A stretch of DNA of 64,000 bases from Candidatus Paralachnospira sangeri. GTDB taxonomy: Bacteria > Bacillota > Clostridia > Lachnospirales > Lachnospiraceae. Positions within the stretch are counted from its first letter, which is position 1, and each line of letters starts with the position of its first letter. Below the pieces are notes generated by a model that was not told where the DNA came from, did not search any database, and saw only the letters and a program-made list of their open reading frames with translations. A program made the position numbers and the translations under genes. The stretch is from contig CAJFOT010000128.1 in assembly GCA_904397815.1 (NCBI GenBank), positions 6,027-70,026 on the forward strand, given 5' to 3'. Below are positions 27,595 to 37,757 of this stretch, one piece after another.

Positions 27595-28155
27595 ATGAAT
27601 CAGACATCCGACTATATGCCCCTTTTATTTTTCTGGCTGATTGGCGCAGCCGCAGGTACACTGCTGTTTTTTGCCGCCTGTCAGTCTGATGAGGCCAGTC
27701 TGCTGGCGGACAGCCAGATTATGATGAATGCTGTACGGACAGGACAAACATCAGGCTTCCCACTGTTTCGCTATATTTTTCAGCGGCGTTTTTTAACTGC
27801 TCTGGTGCTGTGGCTGCTGAGTATGACTCAGTTTGGGATGGCTGTACTCAACAGCGCTGTATTCTGCTGCGGTATGACAAATGGCTTTGCGGTGTCCGCT
27901 ATGACTTATCTGTATGGGATTTCAGGCTATCCGATAGCAGTAGCTTCTGGATTTCCCCATAACCTGATTTATCTGCCTGTCTGGATTTTATTCTATTTTT
28001 TCTGCCGGAACGTAAACCGGCACAGCGGCGGCATTCTGCGGCAGAGCCCTTATTTTCTGGCAGTATGCGTGGCTTTTCTGGCAGCAGCTTTTCTGGAGGC
28101 TTATCTCAATCCGTGGATTTTAGAGTGGATTGGTCAAATCTTTAACATATTTTAG
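27595..28155 (+). CDS. spoIIM: Stage II sporulation protein M
   Basis: A polytopic protein. FPHNLIYLPVWILF and AFLEAYLNPWILEWI parallel B. subtilis SpoIIM (LPQNLLLIPAYIIM, AFVEGFLSPVLIEWI). It sits in the typical position next to xerD. Confidence 0.75.
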   Translation: MNQTSDYMPLLFFWLIGAAAGTLLFFAACQSDEASLLADSQIMMNAVRTGQTSGFPLFRYIFQRRFLTALVLWLLSMTQFGMAVLNSAVFCCGMTNGFAVSAMTYLYGISGYPIAVASGFPHNLIYLPVWILFYFFCRNVNRHSGGILRQSPYFLAVCVAFLAAAFLEAYLNPWILEWIGQIFNIF

Positions 28156-28255
28156 GAAAAATTGTTAAAAACTGTTTGATTTTACGGCATAATTCGTTAT
28201 AATGTAAGATAGCAGTTTTCCGACTGCGGTGAACATAAAGGCAAGGGGATCTAAC

Positions 28256-29089
28256 ATGCTAATGAATGAAATTGACGAATTTATAAAATATTTAGGTCAG
28301 ATAAAACATACATCATACAATACTCAGGTATCCTATCGCAGAGATTTGACGAAGCTTTCTGCCTTTTTGGAGAAACAGAGCATCAGCCGGTGGGAGAAAG
28401 TAACAGAGACGAGTTTGAACTTATATGCCCTGCAATTGGAAAAGGATGGACTGAAAGCATCCAGTATTTCCAGAAACATCGCGGCAATCAGGAGTTTTTG
28501 CCAGTATATGCTGCGCAACGGGAAGCTGTCCGCAGACCCGTCACAGCGGCTGAAGTCGCCGAAGATTGAGAAAAAAGTGCCGGTTGCCCTGAGCCGTCAG
28601 GAAGTAGAACGTCTTCTGCGGGAACCATCCGGCGATACGCCTAAAGAGATGCGGGATCGGGCGATGCTGATGCTGCTGTATGCTACCGGCATCCGGGTTT
28701 CTGAGTTGATACAGCTGACGATGGATGATCTGAATCTGTCATTGGGGTACATTGTCTGCAAAGACCGGACCATACCTTTTTCGGAACCGGTAAAGGCTGC
28801 GATTCAGGCATATCTGAAAGATGCCCGCGGCTATTTCGTGAAGAATCAGGAAAGTCGGTATCTGTTTACCAATTGCAGCGGCAATCCTATGAGCCGCCAG
28901 GGATTCTGGAAGCTTATGAAATATTATGGAGAGAAAATCGGTCTTTCTCAGGTGCTGACACCCCATGTCCTGCGCCATTCCATGGCGGTCCATATGCTGG
29001 AGGAGGGAGTTGGAATGCAGCGGCTTCAACAGATCCTTGGGCATTCTGACATATCTACCACCCAGATGTATGCATATTTCAAGCAATAA
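28256..29089 (+). CDS. xerD: Site-specific tyrosine recombinase XerD
   Basis: It has an N-terminal SAM-like domain (IDEFIKYLGQIKHTSYNTQVSYRRDL) and the catalytic residues R...HVLRHSMAVHML...LGHSDISTTQMY. Confidence 0.85.
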   Translation: MLMNEIDEFIKYLGQIKHTSYNTQVSYRRDLTKLSAFLEKQSISRWEKVTETSLNLYALQLEKDGLKASSISRNIAAIRSFCQYMLRNGKLSADPSQRLKSPKIEKKVPVALSRQEVERLLREPSGDTPKEMRDRAMLMLLYATGIRVSELIQLTMDDLNLSLGYIVCKDRTIPFSEPVKAAIQAYLKDARGYFVKNQESRYLFTNCSGNPMSRQGFWKLMKYYGEKIGLSQVLTPHVLRHSMAVHMLEEGVGMQRLQQILGHSDISTTQMYAYFKQ

Positions 29090-29195
29090 GCTGGCTGGCC
29101 GGTTCCATTTCGTGAATTTGACAGTTGTATTTTATTGTCAGGCTGCGTTATAATAAATAGAAATTTGCTAAGACCAGAGAGAAAGGATGCTTGAG

Positions 29196-30485
29196 ATGAA
29201 ACCATACAAGGAATTGGACAAAGAAGAACTGCTGGCGTTAAAAGCAGAATTGGACCGGAAATATAAAGAATACCAGGATATGGGACTGAAACTGGATATG
29301 TCCAGGGGAAAACCGTCCGCAGAACAGCTGGATCTGTCAATGGGCATGATGGACGTGCTGAACAGCAGTACAGACCTGAAATGTGAAGAGGGAATTGACT
29401 GCCGGAATTACGGCTGCCTGGACGGCATCCAGGAGGCGAAGGAACTTCTGGCGGCGATTATGGAGGTTCCTACAGAAAATATAATCATTTATGGTAATTC
29501 CAGTTTAAATGTAATGTTTGATACAGTGTCCAGATCCATGACCCATGGGGTGATGGGGCATACTCCCTGGTGCAAGCTGGACCGGGTGAAATTTTTATGT
29601 CCGTCACCGGGATATGACAGACATTTTACGATCACAGAATATTTTGGCATCGAGATGATTGCAGTTCCCATGACACCGGAAGGGCCGGACATGGATATGG
29701 TGGAGAAGCTGGTCAGCGAGGACGACGCAATCAAGGGAATCTGGTGTGTGCCGAAATATTCCAATCCCCAGGGAATCACCTATTCAGATGAGACGGTGCG
29801 CCGTTTCGCCAGGCTGAAGCCTGCGGCGGAGGATTTCCGGATTTACTGGGACAATGCCTATACCGTACATCATCTGTATGATGACAAGCAGGACCACCTG
29901 ATTGAGATCCTGGAGGAATGTGAAAAGGCGGGTAATCCTGATATGGTTTATAAGTTCAGTTCTACATCCAAGATCACATTCCCCGGCTCCGGCGTGGCTG
30001 CCATCGCGGCATCCAAAAACAATCTGGTAGAGATCAGAAAAGCGCTGACAGTTCAGACCATCGGTCATGATAAGCTGAATCAGCTGCGCCATGTGCGGTT
30101 CTTTAAAAATCTGGACGGTATTACAGCCCACATGAAGAAGCACGCAGACATTATGCGGCCGAAGTTTGAGGCTGTTCTGGATATTCTGGACCGAGAACTG
30201 TCCGGCCTGGAGATCGGCAGCTGGATCAAGCCCAGAGGCGGATATTTTATCTCCTTTGACTCTATGGATGGCTGCGCGAAGGATATTGTGAAGAAAGCGA
30301 AGGAGGCGGGGGTTGTGATGACCGGTGCCGGCGCCACTTACCCTTATGGAAAGGACCCTCATGACAGTAATATCCGTATTGCCCCTTCTTATCCGACATT
30401 GGAGGAAATTGTGACGGCAGCAGAACTGTTTACTCTTTGTGTCAAACTTTCTTCTGTGGAGAAGCTGCTGGCTGATATGAAATAA
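29196..30485 (+). CDS. PLP-dependent aminotransferase (class I/II fold, aspartate aminotransferase-like)
   Basis: MKPYKELDKEELLALK...LDMSRGKPSAEQLDLS, with the PLP-lysine motif FSSTSKITF. The RBS GAAAGGA is present. Confidence 0.8.
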   Translation: MKPYKELDKEELLALKAELDRKYKEYQDMGLKLDMSRGKPSAEQLDLSMGMMDVLNSSTDLKCEEGIDCRNYGCLDGIQEAKELLAAIMEVPTENIIIYGNSSLNVMFDTVSRSMTHGVMGHTPWCKLDRVKFLCPSPGYDRHFTITEYFGIEMIAVPMTPEGPDMDMVEKLVSEDDAIKGIWCVPKYSNPQGITYSDETVRRFARLKPAAEDFRIYWDNAYTVHHLYDDKQDHLIEILEECEKAGNPDMVYKFSSTSKITFPGSGVAAIAASKNNLVEIRKALTVQTIGHDKLNQLRHVRFFKNLDGITAHMKKHADIMRPKFEAVLDILDRELSGLEIGSWIKPRGGYFISFDSMDGCAKDIVKKAKEAGVVMTGAGATYPYGKDPHDSNIRIAPSYPTLEEIVTAAELFTLCVKLSSVEKLLADMK

Positions 30486-30545
30486 AACATTTATCTTTGA
30501 CTGTTTTTCAGGTGAAAAGGAAAAAACGCCGGAAAGCGGTATCGC

Positions 30546-30590
30546 GCCGACAGGGGCACTGCGATGCTGCTGTCCGGCGGTTTTGATTTT
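30546..30590 (+). terminator. Terminator after the aminotransferase gene
   Basis: The stem is gccgacag / ctgtccggc (8 bp with a 1-nt bulge), followed by GGTTTTGATTTT. Confidence 0.5.
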
Positions 30591-30702
30591 AGTTGCTTCT
30601 TGCCTTTTTACCCATTTTATATTATAGTGTTTCTGGAAAGAAATCCGGAGGATTGCCATATCTTCCGGAAGAACAGGAATATACGACGAAAGGAAGAGCT
30701 TG

Positions 30703-31974
30703 ATGAAGAAAACACCCTTTTTAACGTTAGAGCAGGTTCAGGATATTGTGAAAACCTATCCGACGCCTTTTCATATTTATGATGAACAGGGGATCCGTGA
30801 CAACATGGTCCGACTGAAAGAGGCTTTTTCCTGGAATAAAGGATTCAGGGAATATTTTGCGGTGAAGGCTACGCCCAATCCCTTTTTGATTAATATTCTG
30901 CGGGAGTATGGCTGCGGCTGCGACTGCTCTTCTCTGACAGAACTGATGCTGGCCGATGCCATCGGCTGCGGCGGAGCGGATATTATGTTTTCCTCCAATG
31001 CTACTCCGGCGGAGGAGTTTGTGTATGCCCGGAAGATCGGCGCGGTGATTAATTTGGATGATTTTACCCACATCCGGTTTCTGGAGGACTGCGCAGGACT
31101 GCCGGAAACCATTAGCTGCAGGTATAATCCGGGCGGTGTGTTCCAGATGAGCAACGGCATCATGGACAATCCGGGAGACGCTAAGTATGGATTTACCACG
31201 GAGCAGCTTTTCGAGGGCTTTCGTATTCTGAAAGAAAAAGGAGTTAAGAATTTCGGTCTCCATGCTTTTCTGGCCAGCAATACGGTGACCAATGAGTATT
31301 ATCCAATGCTGGCGAGGGTATTGTTTGAACTCGCTGTCCGTCTGAAGGAGGAGACAGGGGTTCATATCGGCTTCATCAACCTGTCCGGCGGAATTGGCAT
31401 TCCTTACCGGCCGGATCAGGAACCCAATGATATCTATGAGATCGGCAGAGGGGTAAAAGAGGTCTATGACCAGATCCTGCGCCCGGCGAAGATGGATGAT
31501 GTGGCTATCTACACAGAGCTGGGCCGTTTTATGCTGGGGCCTTACGGCGCTCTGGTTACCCGGGCGATCCATCAGAAGCACATTTACAAGGAATATATCG
31601 GCTGTGACGCCTGTGCCGCCAATCTGATGCGCCCTGCGATTTACGGAGCTTATCATCACATTACGGTTTTAGGCAAAGAGGAGGCGCCCTGCGACCATCA
31701 GTATGATGTCACCGGTTCTTTGTGTGAGAATAATGATAAATTTGCGGTCGACCGCATGCTGCCTCAAATTAATGTGGGGGATTATCTTTATATCCATGAT
31801 ACTGGGGCGCATGGTTTTTCCATGGGATATAACTATAATGGAAAACTCCGCTCTGCGGAACTGCTGAAAAAAGCTGACGGCACCATACAGCTGATCCGTC
31901 GGGCTGAAACTCCGAAAGACTATTTTGCCACCTTTGATTTCTGCGACATTCTGGATGACATCTTAAAGAAATAA
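30703..31974 (+). CDS. Group IV PLP-dependent decarboxylase (diaminopimelate decarboxylase-like)
   Basis: YPTPFHIYDE, the PLP lysine in YFAVKATPNP, ELGRFMLGPYG and GSLCENNDKF. Substrate specificity cannot be decided from the sequence alone. Confidence 0.8.
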   Translation: MKKTPFLTLEQVQDIVKTYPTPFHIYDEQGIRDNMVRLKEAFSWNKGFREYFAVKATPNPFLINILREYGCGCDCSSLTELMLADAIGCGGADIMFSSNATPAEEFVYARKIGAVINLDDFTHIRFLEDCAGLPETISCRYNPGGVFQMSNGIMDNPGDAKYGFTTEQLFEGFRILKEKGVKNFGLHAFLASNTVTNEYYPMLARVLFELAVRLKEETGVHIGFINLSGGIGIPYRPDQEPNDIYEIGRGVKEVYDQILRPAKMDDVAIYTELGRFMLGPYGALVTRAIHQKHIYKEYIGCDACAANLMRPAIYGAYHHITVLGKEEAPCDHQYDVTGSLCENNDKFAVDRMLPQINVGDYLYIHDTGAHGFSMGYNYNGKLRSAELLKKADGTIQLIRRAETPKDYFATFDFCDILDDILKK

Positions 31975-32029
31975 GGTTATAATGTAATGATAGAAAAAGA
32001 TGTGAGAAAATGAGGAACGGAGCGTTCAT

Positions 32030-33088
32030 ATGAAGAATGAGAAAGAGGCCGCGCGGAGAAATGTCCTGGTGGTGGAAGCGGTTCTGATTGCGATTCTGGT
32101 CATGGCGCTGACAGTGCTTCTGGTACTATATTTTGAAAAAGATGCTCCCGAACAGCGGGGCGAACTGTCCTTTGAGGAAATGGAGACCGCAGTATCTGAC
32201 GGAGATGAATCAGAAACAGCGCCTCAGCCGGAGTATGTTTATGAACGGATTCATCTGGAGGATTCGATTCTGGGAGACATCTCGATTCCCACAATGCCTG
32301 ATGTGCGCCGGCACAGTTATTCCTGGGATAATCTGACGGAAGAAAACGGCAGATATTATTATGAATCTGACACCTGGCAGTCCAGAACCGGAATTGATGT
32401 GTCTTATTTCCAGGGAGAGATTGACTGGGAGCAGGTGAAAAATGACGGCATTGATTTTGCGATCATCCGTCTGGGCTTCCGTGGATACGGAACCGGCAAT
32501 ATCGTTATCGACGAGCAGTTTATCTCAAATATAAACGGGGCATTAAATGCAGGCCTGGAGGTAGGCGTTTATTTCTTCTCCCAGGCTGTCACCCAGGATG
32601 AGGCTGTCCGCGAGGCGGAAACTGTCCTGAGCATGATTGAAAACTATCAGATTACTTATCCGGTGGTTTATGATCTGGAGATAATTGATGATAACGGCTC
32701 CCGAACCAGAGATCTGACTTCGGAGACAATGACGGCGAACGCTGCAGCTTTTTGCAGTGTAATCGAAGATGCAGGATATGATGCAGTATATTACGCTACC
32801 TTGCGGACAGCCCTGCTGAAGTATGACATGGCACAGCTGACAGACTATGATCTGTGGTATGTCCAGTCGGAAGAGGAGCCGGCGATCCCTTATGATTTTA
32901 TCATGTGGCAGTACACCTCGGAAGGTGAAGTGGACGGCATCGAGGGCAATGTATCGCTGAATCTGTATTTTGAGAGGAAGACCGCTGACGGAAATACAGA
33001 CGGAACCGGCCAGGGAGACGGGACAGAAACAGAAAATGGGACAGAAACCGTGACAGAGAGCGAAACAGAAACGTCGGGAGAGGAATAA
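32030..33088 (+). CDS. GH25-family lysozyme (muramidase), membrane-anchored, with an acidic Thr/Glu tail
   Basis: The N-terminal TM helix is VLVVEAVLIAILVMALTVLLVLYF. The GH25 signature is GIDVSYFQGEIDWEQVKNDGIDFAIIRLGFRG. The tail is GTETENGTETVTESETETSGEE. Confidence 0.85.
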   Translation: MKNEKEAARRNVLVVEAVLIAILVMALTVLLVLYFEKDAPEQRGELSFEEMETAVSDGDESETAPQPEYVYERIHLEDSILGDISIPTMPDVRRHSYSWDNLTEENGRYYYESDTWQSRTGIDVSYFQGEIDWEQVKNDGIDFAIIRLGFRGYGTGNIVIDEQFISNINGALNAGLEVGVYFFSQAVTQDEAVREAETVLSMIENYQITYPVVYDLEIIDDNGSRTRDLTSETMTANAAAFCSVIEDAGYDAVYYATLRTALLKYDMAQLTDYDLWYVQSEEEPAIPYDFIMWQYTSEGEVDGIEGNVSLNLYFERKTADGNTDGTGQGDGTETENGTETVTESETETSGEE

Positions 33089-33090
33089 TT

Positions 33091-35736
33091 TTGGCTAATT
33101 TATCACCAATGATGCAGCAGTATGTTGCGACAAAGGAACAGTATAAAGACTGTATATTATTTTATCGGCTGGGTGATTTCTATGAGATGTTTTTTGACGA
33201 CGCGCTGACTGCGTCGAAAGAACTGGAGATTACCCTGACGGGTAAAGACTGCGGACTTCCAGAGCGGGCGCCCATGTGTGGCGTCCCTCATCACGCTGTG
33301 GATGTATATCTGAACCGGCTGGTTCAGAAGGGATATAAGGTAGCGGTGGCGGAGCAGATGGAGGATCCCAAACAGGCCAAAGGCATCGTGAAACGGGAAG
33401 TGATCCGTGTGGTGACTCCCGGCACCATTCTCAGCAGCCAGGCCCTGGATGAGGGGAAGAATAACTATCTGATGAGCATTGTTTATCTGGGCAGATTCTT
33501 CGGCATCTCCATCGCTGATATTTCCACCGGTGATTTTTATGTCACGGAGGTGGATCAGCTCAGAACACTGACGGATGAAATTAATAAATTTATGCCTTCG
33601 GAAATCATATGCAATGAAGCTTTTTATATGAGCGGCGCGGATATTGATGATCTGAAGAACCGGCTGACTATCTCCATATCTTCTATGGAGAATTATTATT
33701 TTGACGATGACAGATGCCGGCAGATCCTGCTGGATCATTTTCATGTCAGCCGCCTGGAAGGACTGGGGATCACCGATTATCCCATCGGCATGATCGCTTC
33801 CGGCGCCCTGCTTCAGTACCTGTATGAAACCCAGAAGAATGATGTGGCCCAGCTGACAGCTATTCACCCCTATCAGACTGGAAAATATATGATTATTGAC
33901 ACGTCCACCCGGCGGAACCTGGAGCTGACAGAGACTCTGCGGGAGAAGAATAAAAGGGGTTCACTGCTGTGGGTGCTGGATCAGACCCGGACGGCCATGG
34001 GCGCCAGAACCCTGCGCAGCTGGATCGAACAGCCTCTGATCGACCGGCAGGAGATCATTCAGCGCCAGGATGCTCTGGAGGAACTGAATGAGAATTTTAT
34101 CCTCAGAGAGGAACTGGCCGAATATCTGAATCCTATTTATGACCTGGAGCGGCTGATCAGCAGGATTATCAATAAAACAGCCAATCCCAGAGACCTGATT
34201 GCCTTCAAGAATTCTCTGGCCATGCTGCCGCCGGTAAAAGAGCTGCTGGGGCAGTTCCGCAGCGACAAGCTGAAAGAAGCGTGGGAGGAACTGGATGACC
34301 TGAAGGATATTTTCGACCTGATCGATGCCTCCATCATCGAGGATCCGCCGGTTACCCTGCGGGAAGGCGGCCTGATCAAAGATGGCTTTAACGAGCAGGC
34401 CGACCAGTACCGGAAGGCGAAAACAGACGGGAAAAGCTGGCTGACCCAGCTGGAGATCCGGGAGAAGGAAAAGACAGGAATTAAAAATCTGAGAATTAAA
34501 TATAACAAGGTGTTCGGTTATTATCTGGAGGTGACCAATTCCTTTAAGTCTCTGGTGCCGGATTATTACATCCGCAAACAGACGCTGACTAATGCAGAGC
34601 GGTATACCACAGAGGAACTGAAACAGCTGGAAGAGGTGATACTGGGAGCGGAGGACAAGCTGTTTGCCCTGGAGTACGATCTGTTCTGCCAGATCCGGAA
34701 TCAGATCGCCGAACAGGTGGTCAGGATTCAGAACAGCGCTAAAGCCATCGCCAGGGCGGATGTCTATGTGTCTCTGGCCAAGGCTGCGGACCGGAACCAG
34801 TATGTGCGCCCGAAGATTAATGAGAAGGGCCTGATTGATATCAAAAACGGGCGCCACCCGGTGGTGGAGCGGATGCTCCAGGGCGAGCTGTTTGTGGAAA
34901 ATGACACCTACCTGGACAACGGGCAGAACCGGGTATCCATTATCACCGGCCCCAATATGGCGGGCAAGTCTACATACATGCGTCAGGTGGCTCTCATCGT
35001 GCTGATGGCCCAGATCGGCAGTTTTGTCCCGGCTCAAAGTGCAAACATCGGCATCTGCGACCGAATCTTTACCAGAGTGGGAGCTTCCGACGACCTGGCC
35101 TCCGGCCAGAGCACCTTTATGGTAGAAATGACGGAGGTGGCCAACATTCTGCGCAATGCCACCCGGAACAGCCTGCTGATTCTGGATGAGATCGGCAGGG
35201 GAACCAGTACTTTCGACGGGCTGAGCATTGCCTGGTCTGTTATCGAGTACATCAGCAATGTGCGGACACTGGGGGCCAAGACCCTGTTCGCCACCCATTA
35301 TCATGAGCTGACAGAGCTGGAGGGCGCCATCAGCGGCGTCAATAATTACTGCATCGCTGTCAAGGAGCGGGGAGACGACATCGTGTTTCTCCGGAAGATT
35401 GTAAAAGGCGGGGCGGATAAGAGTTATGGCATCCAGGTGGCAAAGCTGGCCGGCGTGCCTGACCCGGTGATCAGCCGGGCCAAGGAGATCCTGGAGGAGT
35501 TAATCAGCGCCGATATTACCATGAAGGCAAGTGAGATGGCTGCCTGTGCCGGCGTGAAGAAAAAAGGGGTGACAAAGCCGGATGAGGTGGATATGACCCA
35601 GCTCACCCTTTTTGATACCGTAAAAGAGGACGATATTATTACAGAGCTGACTCAGATGGATCTGGGCAATATGACTCCCATCGACGCGCTGAATACTCTT
35701 TATCGTCTGCAGAGCAGATTAAAAAACAGGGTGTGA
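33091..35736 (+). CDS. mutS: DNA mismatch repair protein MutS
   Basis: 881 aa with a TTG start, (M)ANLSPMMQQYVATKEQY and Walker A GPNMAGKST. Confidence 0.97.
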   Translation: MANLSPMMQQYVATKEQYKDCILFYRLGDFYEMFFDDALTASKELEITLTGKDCGLPERAPMCGVPHHAVDVYLNRLVQKGYKVAVAEQMEDPKQAKGIVKREVIRVVTPGTILSSQALDEGKNNYLMSIVYLGRFFGISIADISTGDFYVTEVDQLRTLTDEINKFMPSEIICNEAFYMSGADIDDLKNRLTISISSMENYYFDDDRCRQILLDHFHVSRLEGLGITDYPIGMIASGALLQYLYETQKNDVAQLTAIHPYQTGKYMIIDTSTRRNLELTETLREKNKRGSLLWVLDQTRTAMGARTLRSWIEQPLIDRQEIIQRQDALEELNENFILREELAEYLNPIYDLERLISRIINKTANPRDLIAFKNSLAMLPPVKELLGQFRSDKLKEAWEELDDLKDIFDLIDASIIEDPPVTLREGGLIKDGFNEQADQYRKAKTDGKSWLTQLEIREKEKTGIKNLRIKYNKVFGYYLEVTNSFKSLVPDYYIRKQTLTNAERYTTEELKQLEEVILGAEDKLFALEYDLFCQIRNQIAEQVVRIQNSAKAIARADVYVSLAKAADRNQYVRPKINEKGLIDIKNGRHPVVERMLQGELFVENDTYLDNGQNRVSIITGPNMAGKSTYMRQVALIVLMAQIGSFVPAQSANIGICDRIFTRVGASDDLASGQSTFMVEMTEVANILRNATRNSLLILDEIGRGTSTFDGLSIAWSVIEYISNVRTLGAKTLFATHYHELTELEGAISGVNNYCIAVKERGDDIVFLRKIVKGGADKSYGIQVAKLAGVPDPVISRAKEILEELISADITMKASEMAACAGVKKKGVTKPDEVDMTQLTLFDTVKEDDIITELTQMDLGNMTPIDALNTLYRLQSRLKNRV

Positions 35737-35744
35737 GATAAGAG

Positions 35745-37757
35745 ATGGCCAATATAACCAGACTGGACCAGAGTACCATTAATCAGATCGCCGCCGGCGA
35801 GGTGATTGACCGGCCGGCCTCCGTAGTAAAAGAGCTGATGGAAAATGCCATTGATGCGGGCGCCACTGCTGTGACAGTGGAGATCCGGGAAGGCGGCATT
35901 TCCTTTATCCGCATTACCGACAACGGCTGCGGCATCGAGGGGGAGGACATTCCCCTGGCTTTTCTGCGCCATACCACCAGTAAGATCAAATCAGTGGAGG
36001 ACCTTCTCACTGTGAAAAGCCTGGGGTTCCGAGGCGAGGCACTCTCCAGCATCGCCGCAGTGGCTCAGGTAGAGCTGATTACCAAAACTGCCGGGAGTCT
36101 GACCGGATACCGATATGTAATTGAAGGCGGAGAGGAGAAGAAACTGGAGGAGGTGGGAACGCCGGAGGGTACCACCATCATTGTCCGGAATCTGTTCTAC
36201 CACACGCCGGCCCGGAAGAAGTTTCTGAAGTCGGCGGCCACCGAGGGCTCCTATATCGGAGATCTGGTACAGCGGATGGCCCTGTCCCACCCGGAGATTT
36301 CCCTGCGGCTCATTGTCAATAACCAGACCCGCCTCCACACGGCAGGCAACCATAACCTGAAGGATATCATCTACGGGATCTATGGGAAGGAGCTGACCCG
36401 GGAGCTGATTCCTGTGGATGGGACGCTGTTCTGCGGCAGCCTGCGGGGTTATATCGGAAAGGCGTCTGTCTCCAAAGGGAACAGAACCTGGGAAAACTAT
36501 TTTATCAACGGAAGATATATTAAGAGCAATATCATCGGGAAGGCGCTGGAGGAGGCTTACCAGGGGATTATGATGCAGCACCGGTATCCCTTCTGCGTCC
36601 TTCATCTGTCCATCGACCCGGCCTATATCGATGTCAATGTCCATCCCTCCAAGATGGAGATCCGTTTCCAGCAGGGGGAGCAGCTGTATCAGGAGCTGCT
36701 GGAACAGATCAGAGGGGCGCTGCGGGGAAAGGAGATGATTCCCTCCTTTACCGTGGGGGCTGAGGAAAAGAAAGAAAAGCCTCAGCCGCTGCCGGTCCGG
36801 GCTCCCGAGCCCTTTGAGCAGCATCGGATGGAGCAGGAGCGTCAGACGGAACATGCGGAACACCTGATGGCTCCGGGCGGGCAGCCGGACTGGCTGGCGG
36901 CGGGATCTCAGACCGGCCCGGCGGCAGAACAGCAGGATGGAATACTGTCTGCCGGCACAGAAGGACAGAGCAGTCCTGCAGCTGCGGCAGACAGCCCCGT
37001 AGTCTCCGGCGCCGGGGGGAAAGACGGATGTGATCTGACCGGGCGGACAGAATCGAAGACAGAGCCGGAACCGGCGGTGAAAGAGCCGGCTTCCTATGTG
37101 ATTGACCATACGCCTGTGGCAGAGGAAGTGCGGCAGCAGGAGCTTTTTGAGGAAAAAATTGTCCAGAAACGGCTGCTGGATGACTATCAGATCATCGGCC
37201 AGCTGTTTAAAACTTACTGGCTGGTGCAGTTTCAGGATAATTTCCTGATTATTGATCAGCACGCGGCTCATGAAAAGGTGCTGTATGAGAAGCTGGTACG
37301 GGAGTTCCGGGAACAGAAGATCATGAGCCAGCAGATGAATCCCCCTGCGATTCTGACATTGTCTCCGGGGGAGGAGGCGCTGGTAAGGGAATACAGCAGC
37401 CTGCTGCGGGAAGCAGGCTTTGAGATGGAGCCCTTCGGCGGTTCAGAATATGCCGTTTATGCCATGCCGGTGGATCTGTATCGTACTGACAGTGAAAGTC
37501 TGCTGCGGGAGATCATTGACGGTTTGGGTGAGATGAAGGGCAGCAGGGAGTCAATGCTGATTTTCGAGCAGATTGCTCTGCGCTCCTGTAAGGGTGCTAT
37601 TAAAGGAAACCAGGAGATCAGCAGAAGGGAAATGGAAGCGCTGCTGGCCCAACTGATGGAGCTGGAGAATCCCTACACCTGCCCTCACGGGCGTCCGGTG
37701 ATCATCCGGATGACCCGGTACGAGCTGGAGAAAAAATTTAAGCGGGTGATATCATGA
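35745..37757 (+). CDS. mutL: DNA mismatch repair protein MutL
   Basis: 670 aa. The GHKL N-terminus is IAAGEVIDRPASVVKELMENAIDAG, with the C-terminal dimerisation motifs QHAAHEKVLYE and CPHGRP. Confidence 0.97.
   Translation: MANITRLDQSTINQIAAGEVIDRPASVVKELMENAIDAGATAVTVEIREGGISFIRITDNGCGIEGEDIPLAFLRHTTSKIKSVEDLLTVKSLGFRGEALSSIAAVAQVELITKTAGSLTGYRYVIEGGEEKKLEEVGTPEGTTIIVRNLFYHTPARKKFLKSAATEGSYIGDLVQRMALSHPEISLRLIVNNQTRLHTAGNHNLKDIIYGIYGKELTRELIPVDGTLFCGSLRGYIGKASVSKGNRTWENYFINGRYIKSNIIGKALEEAYQGIMMQHRYPFCVLHLSIDPAYIDVNVHPSKMEIRFQQGEQLYQELLEQIRGALRGKEMIPSFTVGAEEKKEKPQPLPVRAPEPFEQHRMEQERQTEHAEHLMAPGGQPDWLAAGSQTGPAAEQQDGILSAGTEGQSSPAAAADSPVVSGAGGKDGCDLTGRTESKTEPEPAVKEPASYVIDHTPVAEEVRQQELFEEKIVQKRLLDDYQIIGQLFKTYWLVQFQDNFLIIDQHAAHEKVLYEKLVREFREQKIMSQQMNPPAILTLSPGEEALVREYSSLLREAGFEMEPFGGSEYAVYAMPVDLYRTDSESLLREIIDGLGEMKGSRESMLIFEQIALRSCKGAIKGNQEISRREMEALLAQLMELENPYTCPHGRPVIIRMTRYELEKKFKRVIS

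Noticed and set aside
28256-29089. A tyrosine recombinase as a prophage or island integrase.
   Set aside because: Its size, N-terminal SAM-like domain and conserved Nudix-spoIIM-xerD neighbourhood fit the chromosomal dimer-resolution XerD. There are no flanking phage genes or direct repeats.
30591-30702. A possible lysine riboswitch or T-box upstream of the DAP-decarboxylase-like gene.
   Set aside because: The leader is only about 110 nt after the upstream terminator. I could not find the conserved L-box core or a T-box specifier and T-box sequence, only a 6-bp tccgga palindrome.
33961-35304. A 447-aa ORF on the minus strand inside mutS. Similar long antisense ORFs occur at 35991-37271, 42606-43784, 6067-6975, 37685-38575, 53809-54753, 60908-61813 and 570-1271.
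   Set aside because: They lie entirely antisense to genes with unmistakable conserved motifs. Their translations are low-complexity and rich in Arg, Pro, Gly and Leu, and they lack RBSs. These are shadow ORFs, which are typical of moderately GC-rich coding DNA.
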